Translations under genes and position numbers: made by a program | DNA from: Klebsiella phage Miami | DNA: 64,000 nt | Direction: 5' to 3' (one strand) | Sequence record: MT701590.1 | Shown here: positions 1-9,251 of the stretch, in pieces | How the letters are laid out: each line of letters begins with the position of its first letter | Position numbering within the stretch: the stretch's first letter is position 1 | Notes under the pieces: model-generated | The model's database searches: none | Seen by the model: only the letters and a program-made list of their open reading frames with translations | What the model was told of the DNA's origin: nothing

Positions 1-29
1 AACTCTTTATTTGGAATTAAGGGTGGGTT

Positions 30-1376
30 ATGATACCCGTTAATATTAGTAACGTCTTAGAACAGGCGAAGCAGGTTGCCGCAACCAAACGCGCTACCAT
101 CTCTACGCTCGAGCTAACTCTTATAACCCCGGAATTACATTATCCCGTTCCTAACGTTCAGAGGCTCTCTAAGAGCTCTAATTTCTTGGAGGACGGGACG
201 GATATTTGGGCGATTAACTTCTTGATGCAGCCTGGCGTTTTCTTAAAACAGATTCTTCCGTACAAAGATAACCTGCTCGTTGACTTAGTTGAGAGCACGG
301 GACTCAATAGAACACTTCGTCGCCTTCGCGCGACAATTCCAATGGACGTTAATCCTCAAACCAGTTCGGATAACAGTGTCTATATTGATCCAGGTGTATT
401 AGATCAAAACATGGTCGTTCCCGTCACGCTTATTTTGATCGATACAGTATACGAACAGTTACGTAACCAACCGCTACTTGATAATTACTTAATGGCTACA
501 ACCAAAGACGTTTTGCATAATGTCTGGAGTCAGCAAGGTCACGCCATTCAGTCTAACGGGGTTAACAAGTTTAAAGGAGTTGACATTGAAGAACCCACCG
601 ATAACCCTAGAGTTTATCGGCAGATTATGGTCAAGCACGGCACGCGTCTGACTCGTTTCGCGGACTATCTTCAGAATGAAGAAGGATTGGGAATTTATAC
701 CCGTGGGTGTGGGTCTTTCTATCGAGATGGAATTTGGTACGTCTTTCCTATTTGTAAACCCGAAAGATACGGTACGGTGAAGAAGTCCTTAGATATTTAT
801 AAGTTCCCTGAGGACGTTCTACCAGTAACGGAACAAACGTATGGGACGACGGCGAACTCCACGTTAATACTTTCTACAGGCCCATCTAAATTGCTTGACG
901 GCACTGATAACCTGAGACAGAATTTTGGTGCCGGTCAACAGATCATTTCTTCGGATGCGATTTCAGGAGAAGCTGGGTCGCACTATAACAACGGAGCGAG
1001 TGTCACTCTACGAGCAGAGAAAGTGACTGAATACAGAACCACGCAGCGTGCCTCAGGGCAGGAACTTATCGACATCAACCCCACTCCTACCAATAACGTT
1101 TTTAAAGAGATAACTAAAAACGCCATGAGGGACTGCAAAGTACTGGAATTGAATTGGAGTAACTCTAATCCTTTTCTCATTACCCCAGGGGCCCCGGTTA
1201 AGTACTATTTCCTTAACGAACAAGGAACACTCACTATTCAGGAAGGCACGGTAATATCGGAGCAGACCACCTATTACTCTGATTCTACCAGACCCCTCAC
1301 ACCGTTTAGAAAGAACTCTGTTCTGACCATACTCCTGCTCCCTATTCAAAATACCACGATAACCCCGAACAATTAA
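30..1376 (+). CDS. hypothetical protein (448 aa)
   Basis: Long ORF with ATG at 30 after a GGGTGGG purine stretch. No recognisable motifs. Convergent with the helicase gene. Confidence 0.5.
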   Translation: MIPVNISNVLEQAKQVAATKRATISTLELTLITPELHYPVPNVQRLSKSSNFLEDGTDIWAINFLMQPGVFLKQILPYKDNLLVDLVESTGLNRTLRRLRATIPMDVNPQTSSDNSVYIDPGVLDQNMVVPVTLILIDTVYEQLRNQPLLDNYLMATTKDVLHNVWSQQGHAIQSNGVNKFKGVDIEEPTDNPRVYRQIMVKHGTRLTRFADYLQNEEGLGIYTRGCGSFYRDGIWYVFPICKPERYGTVKKSLDIYKFPEDVLPVTEQTYGTTANSTLILSTGPSKLLDGTDNLRQNFGAGQQIISSDAISGEAGSHYNNGASVTLRAEKVTEYRTTQRASGQELIDINPTPTNNVFKEITKNAMRDCKVLELNWSNSNPFLITPGAPVKYYFLNEQGTLTIQEGTVISEQTTYYSDSTRPLTPFRKNSVLTILLLPIQNTTITPNN

Positions 1377-1463
1377 AATTCAACATGGAGTTTTTTATGG
1401 CACTATATAACCGCAGTGTATGAAAAACAAAATGTTATTTTTAATTTAATAGAGGAAATCATC

Positions 1464-1922
1464 ATGAAACGTTTTATCTCTGCGGCTATTCTTTCCGTTA
1501 TTGCTATGAGCGCTACCGCAACTGAAAATACCAACATCTGGGGCTGCGTCACAAATACAGGCAAAGTCGCTAGAGTCGACTTGGTAGAAGGAGCGGGTGG
1601 CGTTCAGGCGGTCTACACGTTCGGTAAGGCCGGGAGCAATCCAGAGCTCTCCGTTGTCAAGAAACCTTCTGACGTTAAGTATACTGAGAAAGAGGCTTAC
1701 GCCAACGGTATCCTGCAAACCACGTATTACCAGCTGACTTTTAATAACGGACAGTTCAGTTATATCGCTGAACAGTTTAACAAGATCGGGCGTCTTTATG
1801 TGCTCAAGAACGATAAAGTTATTTCGACCATTGAGTGCGAAGACATTATCGATGCCGGTGTTCTCGACAGCGAAAACATGATCAAAATCTTTCCTTACCA
1901 TGAAAAGGTAAAGGATGAATAA
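1464..1922 (+). CDS. secreted or periplasmic protein with cleavable signal peptide (152 aa from the internal ATG)
   Basis: AGAGGAAA Shine-Dalgarno 6 nt before ATG at 1464. N-terminus MKRFISAAILSVIAMSATA is a classic signal peptide. Two Cys residues. Moderately host-biased codons. Followed by a hairpin plus T-run. Confidence 0.6.
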   Translation: MKRFISAAILSVIAMSATATENTNIWGCVTNTGKVARVDLVEGAGGVQAVYTFGKAGSNPELSVVKKPSDVKYTEKEAYANGILQTTYYQLTFNNGQFSYIAEQFNKIGRLYVLKNDKVISTIECEDIIDAGVLDSENMIKIFPYHEKVKDE

Positions 1923-1923
1923 A

Positions 1924-1980
1924 CCTCCTACCTCCACCCATAAGGGTGGAGGTAGGGCAACCTAATTTATTTTTTTTTTT
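1924..1980. terminator. bidirectional intrinsic terminator
   Basis: Stem cctcctacctccaccc / gggtggaggtagg with loop ataa, followed by a T-run of at least 14 nt. Lies between convergent genes. Confidence 0.6.
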
Positions 1981-3520
1981 ATCCTGCAAAATCGAAATCA
2001 GGAACTGATTCGCCGTTTTCGTCTAACATGTGTTTAAAGGATTTCTTACCAGCACACTTGGTGTTGATATCGTGAACTAACCCTAATACCGGATCGAGCG
2101 GATAGACCCAAAATCTTTCCGATAGAGGAGAACCCTCTCCTCTCATTTTGGATAAGTTGACGGTCCAGTAAGCTTTGTCGTCCACTGTTTTTGCAACATG
2201 CACTGTGATAACGCCATCACATTCGTTCGTTAATTTAGTCGAGCCTTCAGTCATGGACTTCCCGCCGACTTCTTTGGCGAAAGTCAGTTCTGCGTCGTCG
2301 TCTGATTCACGTAAGAACTTTTTAGCCTCTGGAGATAACTGGTGAGGTGTACAGAAACAAATACCGTGATTGACGATGAACCCACGGACACGCTTGTACA
2401 GGTCTTGTAAGCGATCAGAGCGAGATTCCCCAGAAGTCCCCTTGAGGTTAGCCATCCCTAAGTAATCGTAAGCCCAGAAAATGATTTCGTGACCTTTCAT
2501 CTGTAACTTACGAATACGGTCAGTCATCTCATAATAGTTATCATTGACGGGATCGACTCGGTTCATGATTAAGAACCAGCCATTCTTCCTAAACCCGTCT
2601 GCGATAACTTGAGCGATCGTTTCAGGCAACTCGTTCTTGAAGTCACCTTGGTGGCCGAACTGGTTGACCATGATGAGCTTATACATGCGTTCGATAATTA
2701 TGTCTAACGCATCCTCAGCGGAATCCAGTACGATGGTAGGTATTTTAGACTTATCACGCAGCAGGGGTTTGTTATAGAGACCTATCGATGATACGATGTG
2801 TCCCATGGTCAAGCTCTTACCCCTGTTTGTTAACGCCTCCCACATATAGAACTTGGAGCGACGCAACCCATTATCGGGATATAGCGCTTTGTTTAGTCCC
2901 TGAAGACCTGTCTTTAACACACCTTCTTCCGACGATTCGATTTTAGCACGTTCAATGATATTAACGATGCCACTCAAATCGTCTGTATTGACTTCTTCTA
3001 CCAAAGCGACGTTCTTGTCAGCCAATACAGCTTCCGTCAATTTGGTTTCAATCATGTCGGCTATTTTAGCCCAAGTGGTTTTATCCGTTTTACTCGGGTC
3101 GCCAAAATAAAGTTCTTTAATTTCGTTCTTAAAATCTTTATTGAACTTATCGTCACCCACTGCTTTTTTGACTTCTTGAATATGACGATAAATAATCTGC
3201 CGTGTTCTTTCTTCGCTAGGGTAGTCTTCTAATCCTGCTTCAATAGCTTTGGCTAACTCAGGTGCGTCCTTCATAAAGTCCATTACTCGTTGAGTGAGCA
3301 ATGATTTTATGATCGGCTCATCTTCGGGTTGAGCTAAAATCCAGTCGATGGTATCGCGAATAGCGGTTTCTATTTTTTTATCCTGCGTGAACAAATCACC
3401 TTTAGAAATCGGTATTCCATTCAAAAGATCTTTCGCTTCCCCTAACAGAGTGACGTCTTTTATTTTTTTAATTTGGTACATCGCACTGAGAATCTTAACC
3501 AGGATCAGTAACGTGCTCAT
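1979..3520 (-). CDS. DnaB-family replicative DNA helicase (T4 gp41-like)
   Basis: Walker A region GLRRSKFYMWEALTNRGKSLTMG parallels T4 gp41 G.HSKT...VGKSLGL. Motif IIFWAYDYLGMA...SRSDRLQDLYKRVRGF...TPHQLS parallels DnaB LIVIDYLQLM...EISRSLKALAKEL...LSQLNR. Confidence 0.75.
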   Translation of the reverse strand: MSTLLILVKILSAMYQIKKIKDVTLLGEAKDLLNGIPISKGDLFTQDKKIETAIRDTIDWILAQPEDEPIIKSLLTQRVMDFMKDAPELAKAIEAGLEDYPSEERTRQIIYRHIQEVKKAVGDDKFNKDFKNEIKELYFGDPSKTDKTTWAKIADMIETKLTEAVLADKNVALVEEVNTDDLSGIVNIIERAKIESSEEGVLKTGLQGLNKALYPDNGLRRSKFYMWEALTNRGKSLTMGHIVSSIGLYNKPLLRDKSKIPTIVLDSAEDALDIIIERMYKLIMVNQFGHQGDFKNELPETIAQVIADGFRKNGWFLIMNRVDPVNDNYYEMTDRIRKLQMKGHEIIFWAYDYLGMANLKGTSGESRSDRLQDLYKRVRGFIVNHGICFCTPHQLSPEAKKFLRESDDDAELTFAKEVGGKSMTEGSTKLTNECDGVITVHVAKTVDDKAYWTVNLSKMRGEGSPLSERFWVYPLDPVLGLVHDINTKCAGKKSFKHMLDENGESVPDFDFAG

Positions 3521-3534
3521 TTAAAAACTCCAAG

Positions 3535-4092
3535 GTGATGATAATGAATTTAATTTTTCAAGAGTCTCCTGACCGCCACCAGGTATGGTTATTAACTAAT
3601 GATATGGTGAAAGCGGTTGAGAGATCTCGTATAAGATTCGATCAGTTAAATCGAATCCCAGAATATCGAGATCGTTTTGCGGAATCCGATATTATTGCTA
3701 TTGCTGTTTTACAATACAGTATGAGCCTTAAATTGGGTCGTCCGCTCCAGGACGTGTTTGATCCAGACGCTTATGTGGGTGACGAAGGACTTGTCCTCAA
3801 GAGTAAGATTAGCAATGTATTAGCAGAACTCCCTCGTCTGACCGTTATAGCGGCGTTGAGCAATCCTGCTCGTTATTACATTAAGAAAGTGGGTAATGAC
3901 GTTATTTTATGTCAAGGTGAGCTGGTTAAACCAGACACTAGCTGGACTGAGCTAAACGAATCTCTCTTCACTCACGCATTATTAAAAGGGATTTATAGCC
4001 AATACGGCTACCATCAATTGCATTTCCGAGAATTGAACCGACCGCAACGAGATAGCTTTACGTTAGCCGACGTTCTCCGCGTATTGTCTTAA
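3535..4092 (+). CDS. hypothetical protein (185 aa)
   Basis: ORF with GGTGATGA purine stretch upstream. No recognisable motif. Confidence 0.45.
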   Translation: MMIMNLIFQESPDRHQVWLLTNDMVKAVERSRIRFDQLNRIPEYRDRFAESDIIAIAVLQYSMSLKLGRPLQDVFDPDAYVGDEGLVLKSKISNVLAELPRLTVIAALSNPARYYIKKVGNDVILCQGELVKPDTSWTELNESLFTHALLKGIYSQYGYHQLHFRELNRPQRDSFTLADVLRVLS

Positions 4093-4180
4093 TCCCTGAT
4101 GCATAAGGGGTTAAGTACATTTTATGTACTAGTGCCGTAAACAAATATTTGTTTAAAGCTTTGAATAAAGGAAATTATCG

Positions 4181-6367
4181 ATGAAGCGTACAATTAACGT
4201 CCGCAAAGGCTCCACTGCTGTAAAACCCCTGAACCTCGCGATGAGCGACATGTTTAGTCAGGGCGGCTTTAAATCTTTTACTGGTGTTGAAAACCTGGAT
4301 ACTGCGACCGACCAGTTCAATGCCATGTTTGCTGGCACCGAGTCACTGGCTAACGGTATTAGCCCAGAGTCTTCCAAACTGCTCAGCAACCTGACCAACT
4401 CTCAGCGTTTCGCGACCATCTCCAGCATCGCGTCGATGCAAAATGCATTCCCGACCGTTGATCGCCGCCTGGCTGACTTCGCCGGTACCGAAGGTTTCTC
4501 AATGGCGCAGTTTGCCGGTGAGTCCGCTAAAGTTAAAGGCGTGAACATCACTCTGAACGCCCTGTCTCACCGCCAGACCGACGCTGCTGAAGCTCTGTTC
4601 ACCACCGTCACCATTCCGTACGCGGAAGAGTACCTGGAGTTCTCCGTGCGTACCGCTGGCCTGGGTCGTTACATCTACGGTGCTGCTGCTGGCGAACGTG
4701 CCTCTGAGCTGGTACCGGTAATGAGCCTGATCCGCAAAGGTAAAGCTTTCATGGCTGATACCCTGCGCATGTATCCGGTTTATCCGACCGACTCGGCTGA
4801 TCCGAACCGTAAATACTTCATGGCTGAGTCTGTAGCTGCTGCTACCGAAGCCACTTACGACAGCGCTGATCCGCTGAACCGTCAAGCTCACAAGACCCAA
4901 TACCTGAAAGTTCCGGTATCCGTACCGAACCTGGTTGGTCTGTCTGAAGCCCCGGGTCAGAACCCGTTCGAAACTTCTGATGAAGTTGAATCCAACTCCA
5001 TCCAGATGACCAACGTCGCACTGACCGCCAACGTCGGCGCTTCCGGCTCTGCTACCGCAGTCGTACTGCGTATGCCGACCGTGAACATGTCTCAGGCGCA
5101 TTTCGGTATCGCTGCAATGGGTGCTTCTTCTGACGATCGTCAGATGGACTTCCAGGTACAGGGTCTGCCGGCGTCTGCACTGTTCAACATCGGTAGCGAT
5201 ACTGTTACCACTGCACTGGATGCACTGAAAGCGAATGGCGCTCAGCCGTTCTTCTCTCTGAGCATCACCGGTACTTACCAGCGTCAGACCAATACCCTGA
5301 AAATCCAGGGCGGTTCTTTCGAACTGGAGTACATCAAAGATGCGGCCGGCAACAAACATCTGCCGACCACCTCCAGCGCAACGATCAAAGCTCTGTTCGG
5401 CCTGTTCGCTGATGGCGAAATCGCCGGTGTTGAACTGCGTTACAACCACACCAACATCAACCGCGTGAACTTCGGTTACCGTGTTGAAGTGTTTGACGCA
5501 CGTAAAACTCTGACCACTCATCGTCAGACTCCGATCTCTGTTCGCTACCCGGTCAGCAAAGAAGATACCAATGAGGAATCTCTGAGCTACGCGATCGATC
5601 AGATGGCGATCATCCTGAACGCACAGACCACCGCAAACGCGTTTACCAAAGCTGAAGAGCACGTTGATTACGTGACCTCCATCAACGGTTCCGCGATCGT
5701 AGGTAACGAACAGGCGTCTAACGTCCTGGCTGGTATGCACTACGCTAACGCTGCTGCGATCAACCGTACTCTGAAACTGTCTGACATCGTGTCTACTCAG
5801 GACAGCGTCGGTGTAGTTGACAACATCTCTGCGGCACTGTGCAACACCCTGAGCGAAATGGCAGCAGCGCTGGCCACTAACTCCGGTCTGGCTGCTATTG
5901 CCGAATACACCCGTGAAAAACTGAAATGGCAGGTTGTTGCCCATCAGAACATGGGTCGTTACCTGATGCGTTCTGGCGACGCTCGTACCATGGGTGCGTA
6001 TACCGACTTCGCGGTTGAACTGACTAACGTCGAAACCATGATCGGTAAATTCTACCTGGTACCGCAGTCCGAAACCGACGGCAACACCATCGACCCGCTG
6101 GGTGGTATGGGCGTGTGCGTTGATAAAGAGCACGTTGTTGTACAGGGCGACGTCACTCGTACCGATCGTCAGTTCGGTATCCTGATGACCATGCCGATCT
6201 TCCAACACCACTCTGTATGTCCGATCGTCGGCGTACTGACCGTTGAAGACGCTGTACTGGCTCTGAACGACGAAGGCCTGATCGACGCTCTGGCTAAACA
6301 GCGCGTTGTGGTTAACGGCGTTGTACAGTCTGAAGTCGACGCTGTAGACGACGGTCAGCTGCCGTAA
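4181..6367 (+). CDS. putative major capsid protein (728 aa)
   Basis: Extreme enterobacterial high-expression codon usage (CTG, CGT, GGT, ACC, AAC) that contrasts with neighbouring genes. AGGAAAT Shine-Dalgarno. Strong terminator immediately downstream. Head-module context. Size fits jumbo-phage capsid proteins. The 570-aa antisense ORF inside it is a codon-bias artefact. Confidence 0.55.
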   Translation: MKRTINVRKGSTAVKPLNLAMSDMFSQGGFKSFTGVENLDTATDQFNAMFAGTESLANGISPESSKLLSNLTNSQRFATISSIASMQNAFPTVDRRLADFAGTEGFSMAQFAGESAKVKGVNITLNALSHRQTDAAEALFTTVTIPYAEEYLEFSVRTAGLGRYIYGAAAGERASELVPVMSLIRKGKAFMADTLRMYPVYPTDSADPNRKYFMAESVAAATEATYDSADPLNRQAHKTQYLKVPVSVPNLVGLSEAPGQNPFETSDEVESNSIQMTNVALTANVGASGSATAVVLRMPTVNMSQAHFGIAAMGASSDDRQMDFQVQGLPASALFNIGSDTVTTALDALKANGAQPFFSLSITGTYQRQTNTLKIQGGSFELEYIKDAAGNKHLPTTSSATIKALFGLFADGEIAGVELRYNHTNINRVNFGYRVEVFDARKTLTTHRQTPISVRYPVSKEDTNEESLSYAIDQMAIILNAQTTANAFTKAEEHVDYVTSINGSAIVGNEQASNVLAGMHYANAAAINRTLKLSDIVSTQDSVGVVDNISAALCNTLSEMAAALATNSGLAAIAEYTREKLKWQVVAHQNMGRYLMRSGDARTMGAYTDFAVELTNVETMIGKFYLVPQSETDGNTIDPLGGMGVCVDKEHVVVQGDVTRTDRQFGILMTMPIFQHHSVCPIVGVLTVEDAVLALNDEGLIDALAKQRVVVNGVVQSEVDAVDDGQLP

Positions 6368-6391
6368 GCAACATTAGTACCGTGAAATAAT

Positions 6392-6436
6392 AACCCCCTA
6401 CCCTTAACGGGGTAGGGGGTTATACTTCGTCTTCTT
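6392..6436 (+). terminator. intrinsic terminator after capsid gene
   Basis: Stem aaccccctaccc / ggggtagggggtt with loop ttaac, followed by a U-rich tail. Confidence 0.6.
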
Positions 6437-6546
6437 AAATTTTTTAAGGACTATATTATCTCTGGGTAAAGGGTTGGTATAAGGGACCGCGCATCCCATA
6501 CCAGATGAAGCTCTAGTCTAAAAATAAACCTTAAGGAAATTAACAA

Positions 6547-7569
6547 ATGAGTCTTTCGTCTTACGGCACGCAAAATGCCTTATCTTATCAGTTATTTAAT
6601 AACACGAGCAAGGAGCTCTTGCTACGTAATAACGGCGGAATGAACAATATTATATCCGCGTGTCCTAAAAGCGGATATAATAACACTATTGTTCTGCGGG
6701 TTACGCTTACTGTACATAATGTTCACAATGTATTATTTGATTTGGAAGGCATGACCAACGCTTTAGATAGGGAGATCGCAACTGAATTCATCACTCAGTT
6801 AAATGCCCGTAAGAAGAACGACTTTGTTTATTTAGAAATTAACGACACCATTTGTATGACACACACAGTCACCCTAGGGCAACGTCACGCGAGTGGATTA
6901 AAAAATGAAATTAAAAGTGACCTGCTCAATTTCACTTTAAGTCAAGAGGTCAATAAGTATAAAGACAGGTTCGTTGGTAAGACCGCAACCGCAATCACCC
7001 AAGAGATAAAAAATGATTTAACTGAAGAAGAATCAGAAAACCTCATTGTGTGTATGAGAGTTAATGATCCCCTTTCCATTGTAAATAATCTCTGGACCAC
7101 AGCGGGCGGTGAAGCAGTTTTAATACCGAAAACTACCAATGAAGACGAACCAGCGGGCCTGTATATTGTGAAAGGTCATAACGCTTATAACCGTGGAAGT
7201 GAATATCATGATATCGCTAAGTGCAGTAAGGAATTCCTTAACGCACTAGGGGTTTATCACAGTAAACACGAAGCCGATATTGGCGGTAACAGTAAATTGT
7301 TACACGACCTTACATCTAAAGTATCAGAAATGAAGAAATCCACTGAGAAAGCTCAACGGGAACTAAACACCGCAGAAGTTAAAGCAACCACTCTAAATAA
7401 TCGGTTGGAGCATGCAAAGATGGTGCAACTGTTCGATAAAGAACGGGCTAAGTTCAAGGAAGATATATCCAAAAGCGCGAATACCGGTAGTGGATGGGGG
7501 GATGCATTTAAATCTGCAGGGGGGTTCTTGTCGACGCTGTTCTCGATATTTAAACTCCTTCCCATTTAA
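6547..7569 (+). CDS. hypothetical protein with C-terminal coiled coil and hydrophobic tail (340 aa)
   Basis: AAGGAAAT Shine-Dalgarno. Markedly AT-rich and non-optimal codons compared with the flanking genes. Lys/Glu-rich predicted coiled coil near the C-terminus ending in FLSTLFSIFKLLPI. Confidence 0.5.
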   Translation: MSLSSYGTQNALSYQLFNNTSKELLLRNNGGMNNIISACPKSGYNNTIVLRVTLTVHNVHNVLFDLEGMTNALDREIATEFITQLNARKKNDFVYLEINDTICMTHTVTLGQRHASGLKNEIKSDLLNFTLSQEVNKYKDRFVGKTATAITQEIKNDLTEEESENLIVCMRVNDPLSIVNNLWTTAGGEAVLIPKTTNEDEPAGLYIVKGHNAYNRGSEYHDIAKCSKEFLNALGVYHSKHEADIGGNSKLLHDLTSKVSEMKKSTEKAQRELNTAEVKATTLNNRLEHAKMVQLFDKERAKFKEDISKSANTGSGWGDAFKSAGGFLSTLFSIFKLLPI

Positions 7570-7580
7570 CAAGGTGCGAC

Positions 7581-9251
7581 ATGGATCCTAAGTTACTGAA
7601 AGCGGTATCGGCTACGATGCCTAAGTTTAATGAAACGATAGCTTCAGGTTTCCATCAACGAGAATTTGAGCAAATACATAAACGTTATGAATATCTTTTA
7701 AGAATGACGTTTGAACCCATTGAAAAGAAAGGAGTATGGTTTGTTGGCGTCAGGTCGGTACGACCTCATGAAATGTATAACGTCATCGCGAAGAACACAC
7801 AGCAGAAAACCTTTGAAACAAACAAAGAAAGTCTTTATCCGGTTAAACTCGTCTTTAAATACGGGATGGATAAAAATACTGCCAGGGAGATGGATCCTGT
7901 TTACGTACTCCTTCCGTTCTGTGATCGGTATGGGGATGTTTGGATCAGGGGAAGTCAATACAGCTTACAGATCGTCCTCGCTGACCGAGGGTTGAGCGTC
8001 ACTAAAGACGATCAGATCTTCGTAAGGCTCCTGGGATATAAATTCAAAGTAGGAACTGAGCAATATGAATACACTCAGATCCACAATGAAATAAATCCTG
8101 TCAGGGAAACTAACCTTCCTATTAACCTTCCGGCTAACCGCTTCTACGTGGCCAGTGAAGCACGTCGTCCAAACCCAACTAAAACCCCCACACCTTTATT
8201 GGCGTGGTATGTGTTTGCGGAGTATGGTTTTAGCGAAACCATGCGTAAGTTTGGGGAATGCGATTATGCGATAGGTGATCGTGATGCGATCATTCAGCAA
8301 TATAGTGAAGATAAAGGTTGGAAGCTGTTTGGCAGTAAAGGATTGGCGATTGGCAAAAGTATCACGCCATATGTGAATTGCGGGTTAGCTATAGCGGCTA
8401 AACCATTAAACGAAAAACGAAGAGGGGAAATACCTAACGTTGCACAACAGTATATTGCGGCATTGCTTTATCTGTGTGATGTTGGCGGAGAATTTATTGA
8501 TTTGGATAAACTCGACGATAAATATTTTTGGCGTATGATGGTCGGACACGCCAGTATTAAAGCCGGAGGAAATCTCACCCATTTGGAAAAACAGATGGCG
8601 GATCACTTCGATTCCATGAACGAAGGTTTAGACCAAACAAGTATCCAACGATTCGCTGAGCAACGAATTGTGGTTAAAGATCGTTATGAATTGTTTAATT
8701 ACATCATAGCGAACCGGGCTGAAATCGTTAAGACTTCCGATAAAGCCAATATGTTACATAAAGAAATTAGTTCTAGTGAGTTCACATTAGACAAACTGAT
8801 TACTGCGGCTAACCGCTTTAAACACGACGTCAAAAACACAACAGAACTCAACTATGAACGTGTTAAGTCATTCATGTCATCTCATTTCAAATTACGCGAT
8901 ATCGAATCGGCTGCTTGGGAATCTAACATGATCCAAGAAGCTACGCCGACAGATTGCCCTATCGCCGATTATGGCTTTGGGGTGATGTCTCAGGCGAAAG
9001 TATTCGGTCCTCGTAATAACGGGAGAAACAGTGACTTTAACCCCAACGATCCCGCTAACTGCATACATGGCTCTGTACCTTTTGTGATGAGTTTCCAACG
9101 GGTAACTAAACCCGACCCAAACGCTTGCGGATTCTTAGCCCCCTGCGTGTATTTGATCAACGACAAATACTTGGGACTCAGACCAGAAGATGTGGAACTG
9201 TACGAAGCCACTGTGAGCAGACTTACTAAGTCTGAGGTTAAAATTAAATGA
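7581..9251 (+). CDS. hypothetical virion or assembly protein (556 aa)
   Basis: Long ORF in the head module. Stop codon overlaps the next start (ATGA at 9248). Confidence 0.5.
   Translation: MDPKLLKAVSATMPKFNETIASGFHQREFEQIHKRYEYLLRMTFEPIEKKGVWFVGVRSVRPHEMYNVIAKNTQQKTFETNKESLYPVKLVFKYGMDKNTAREMDPVYVLLPFCDRYGDVWIRGSQYSLQIVLADRGLSVTKDDQIFVRLLGYKFKVGTEQYEYTQIHNEINPVRETNLPINLPANRFYVASEARRPNPTKTPTPLLAWYVFAEYGFSETMRKFGECDYAIGDRDAIIQQYSEDKGWKLFGSKGLAIGKSITPYVNCGLAIAAKPLNEKRRGEIPNVAQQYIAALLYLCDVGGEFIDLDKLDDKYFWRMMVGHASIKAGGNLTHLEKQMADHFDSMNEGLDQTSIQRFAEQRIVVKDRYELFNYIIANRAEIVKTSDKANMLHKEISSSEFTLDKLITAANRFKHDVKNTTELNYERVKSFMSSHFKLRDIESAAWESNMIQEATPTDCPIADYGFGVMSQAKVFGPRNNGRNSDFNPNDPANCIHGSVPFVMSFQRVTKPDPNACGFLAPCVYLINDKYLGLRPEDVELYEATVSRLTKSEVKIK

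Noticed and set aside
4499-6211. 570-aa minus-strand ORF inside the capsid gene
   Set aside because: It lies antisense to a gene with extreme GC3-rich codon bias, which suppresses stop codons on the opposite strand. It has no Shine-Dalgarno, and its product is Arg/Gly/Val-rich, typical of antisense noise.
6451-6461. Identical 11-mer ctatattatct at 6451-6461 and 41749-41759, both in intergenic regions (possible promoter motif)
   Set aside because: Chance 11-mer duplicates are expected in 64 kb. The second copy lies upstream of a terminator hairpin rather than downstream of one. There is no consistent spacing to the start codons.
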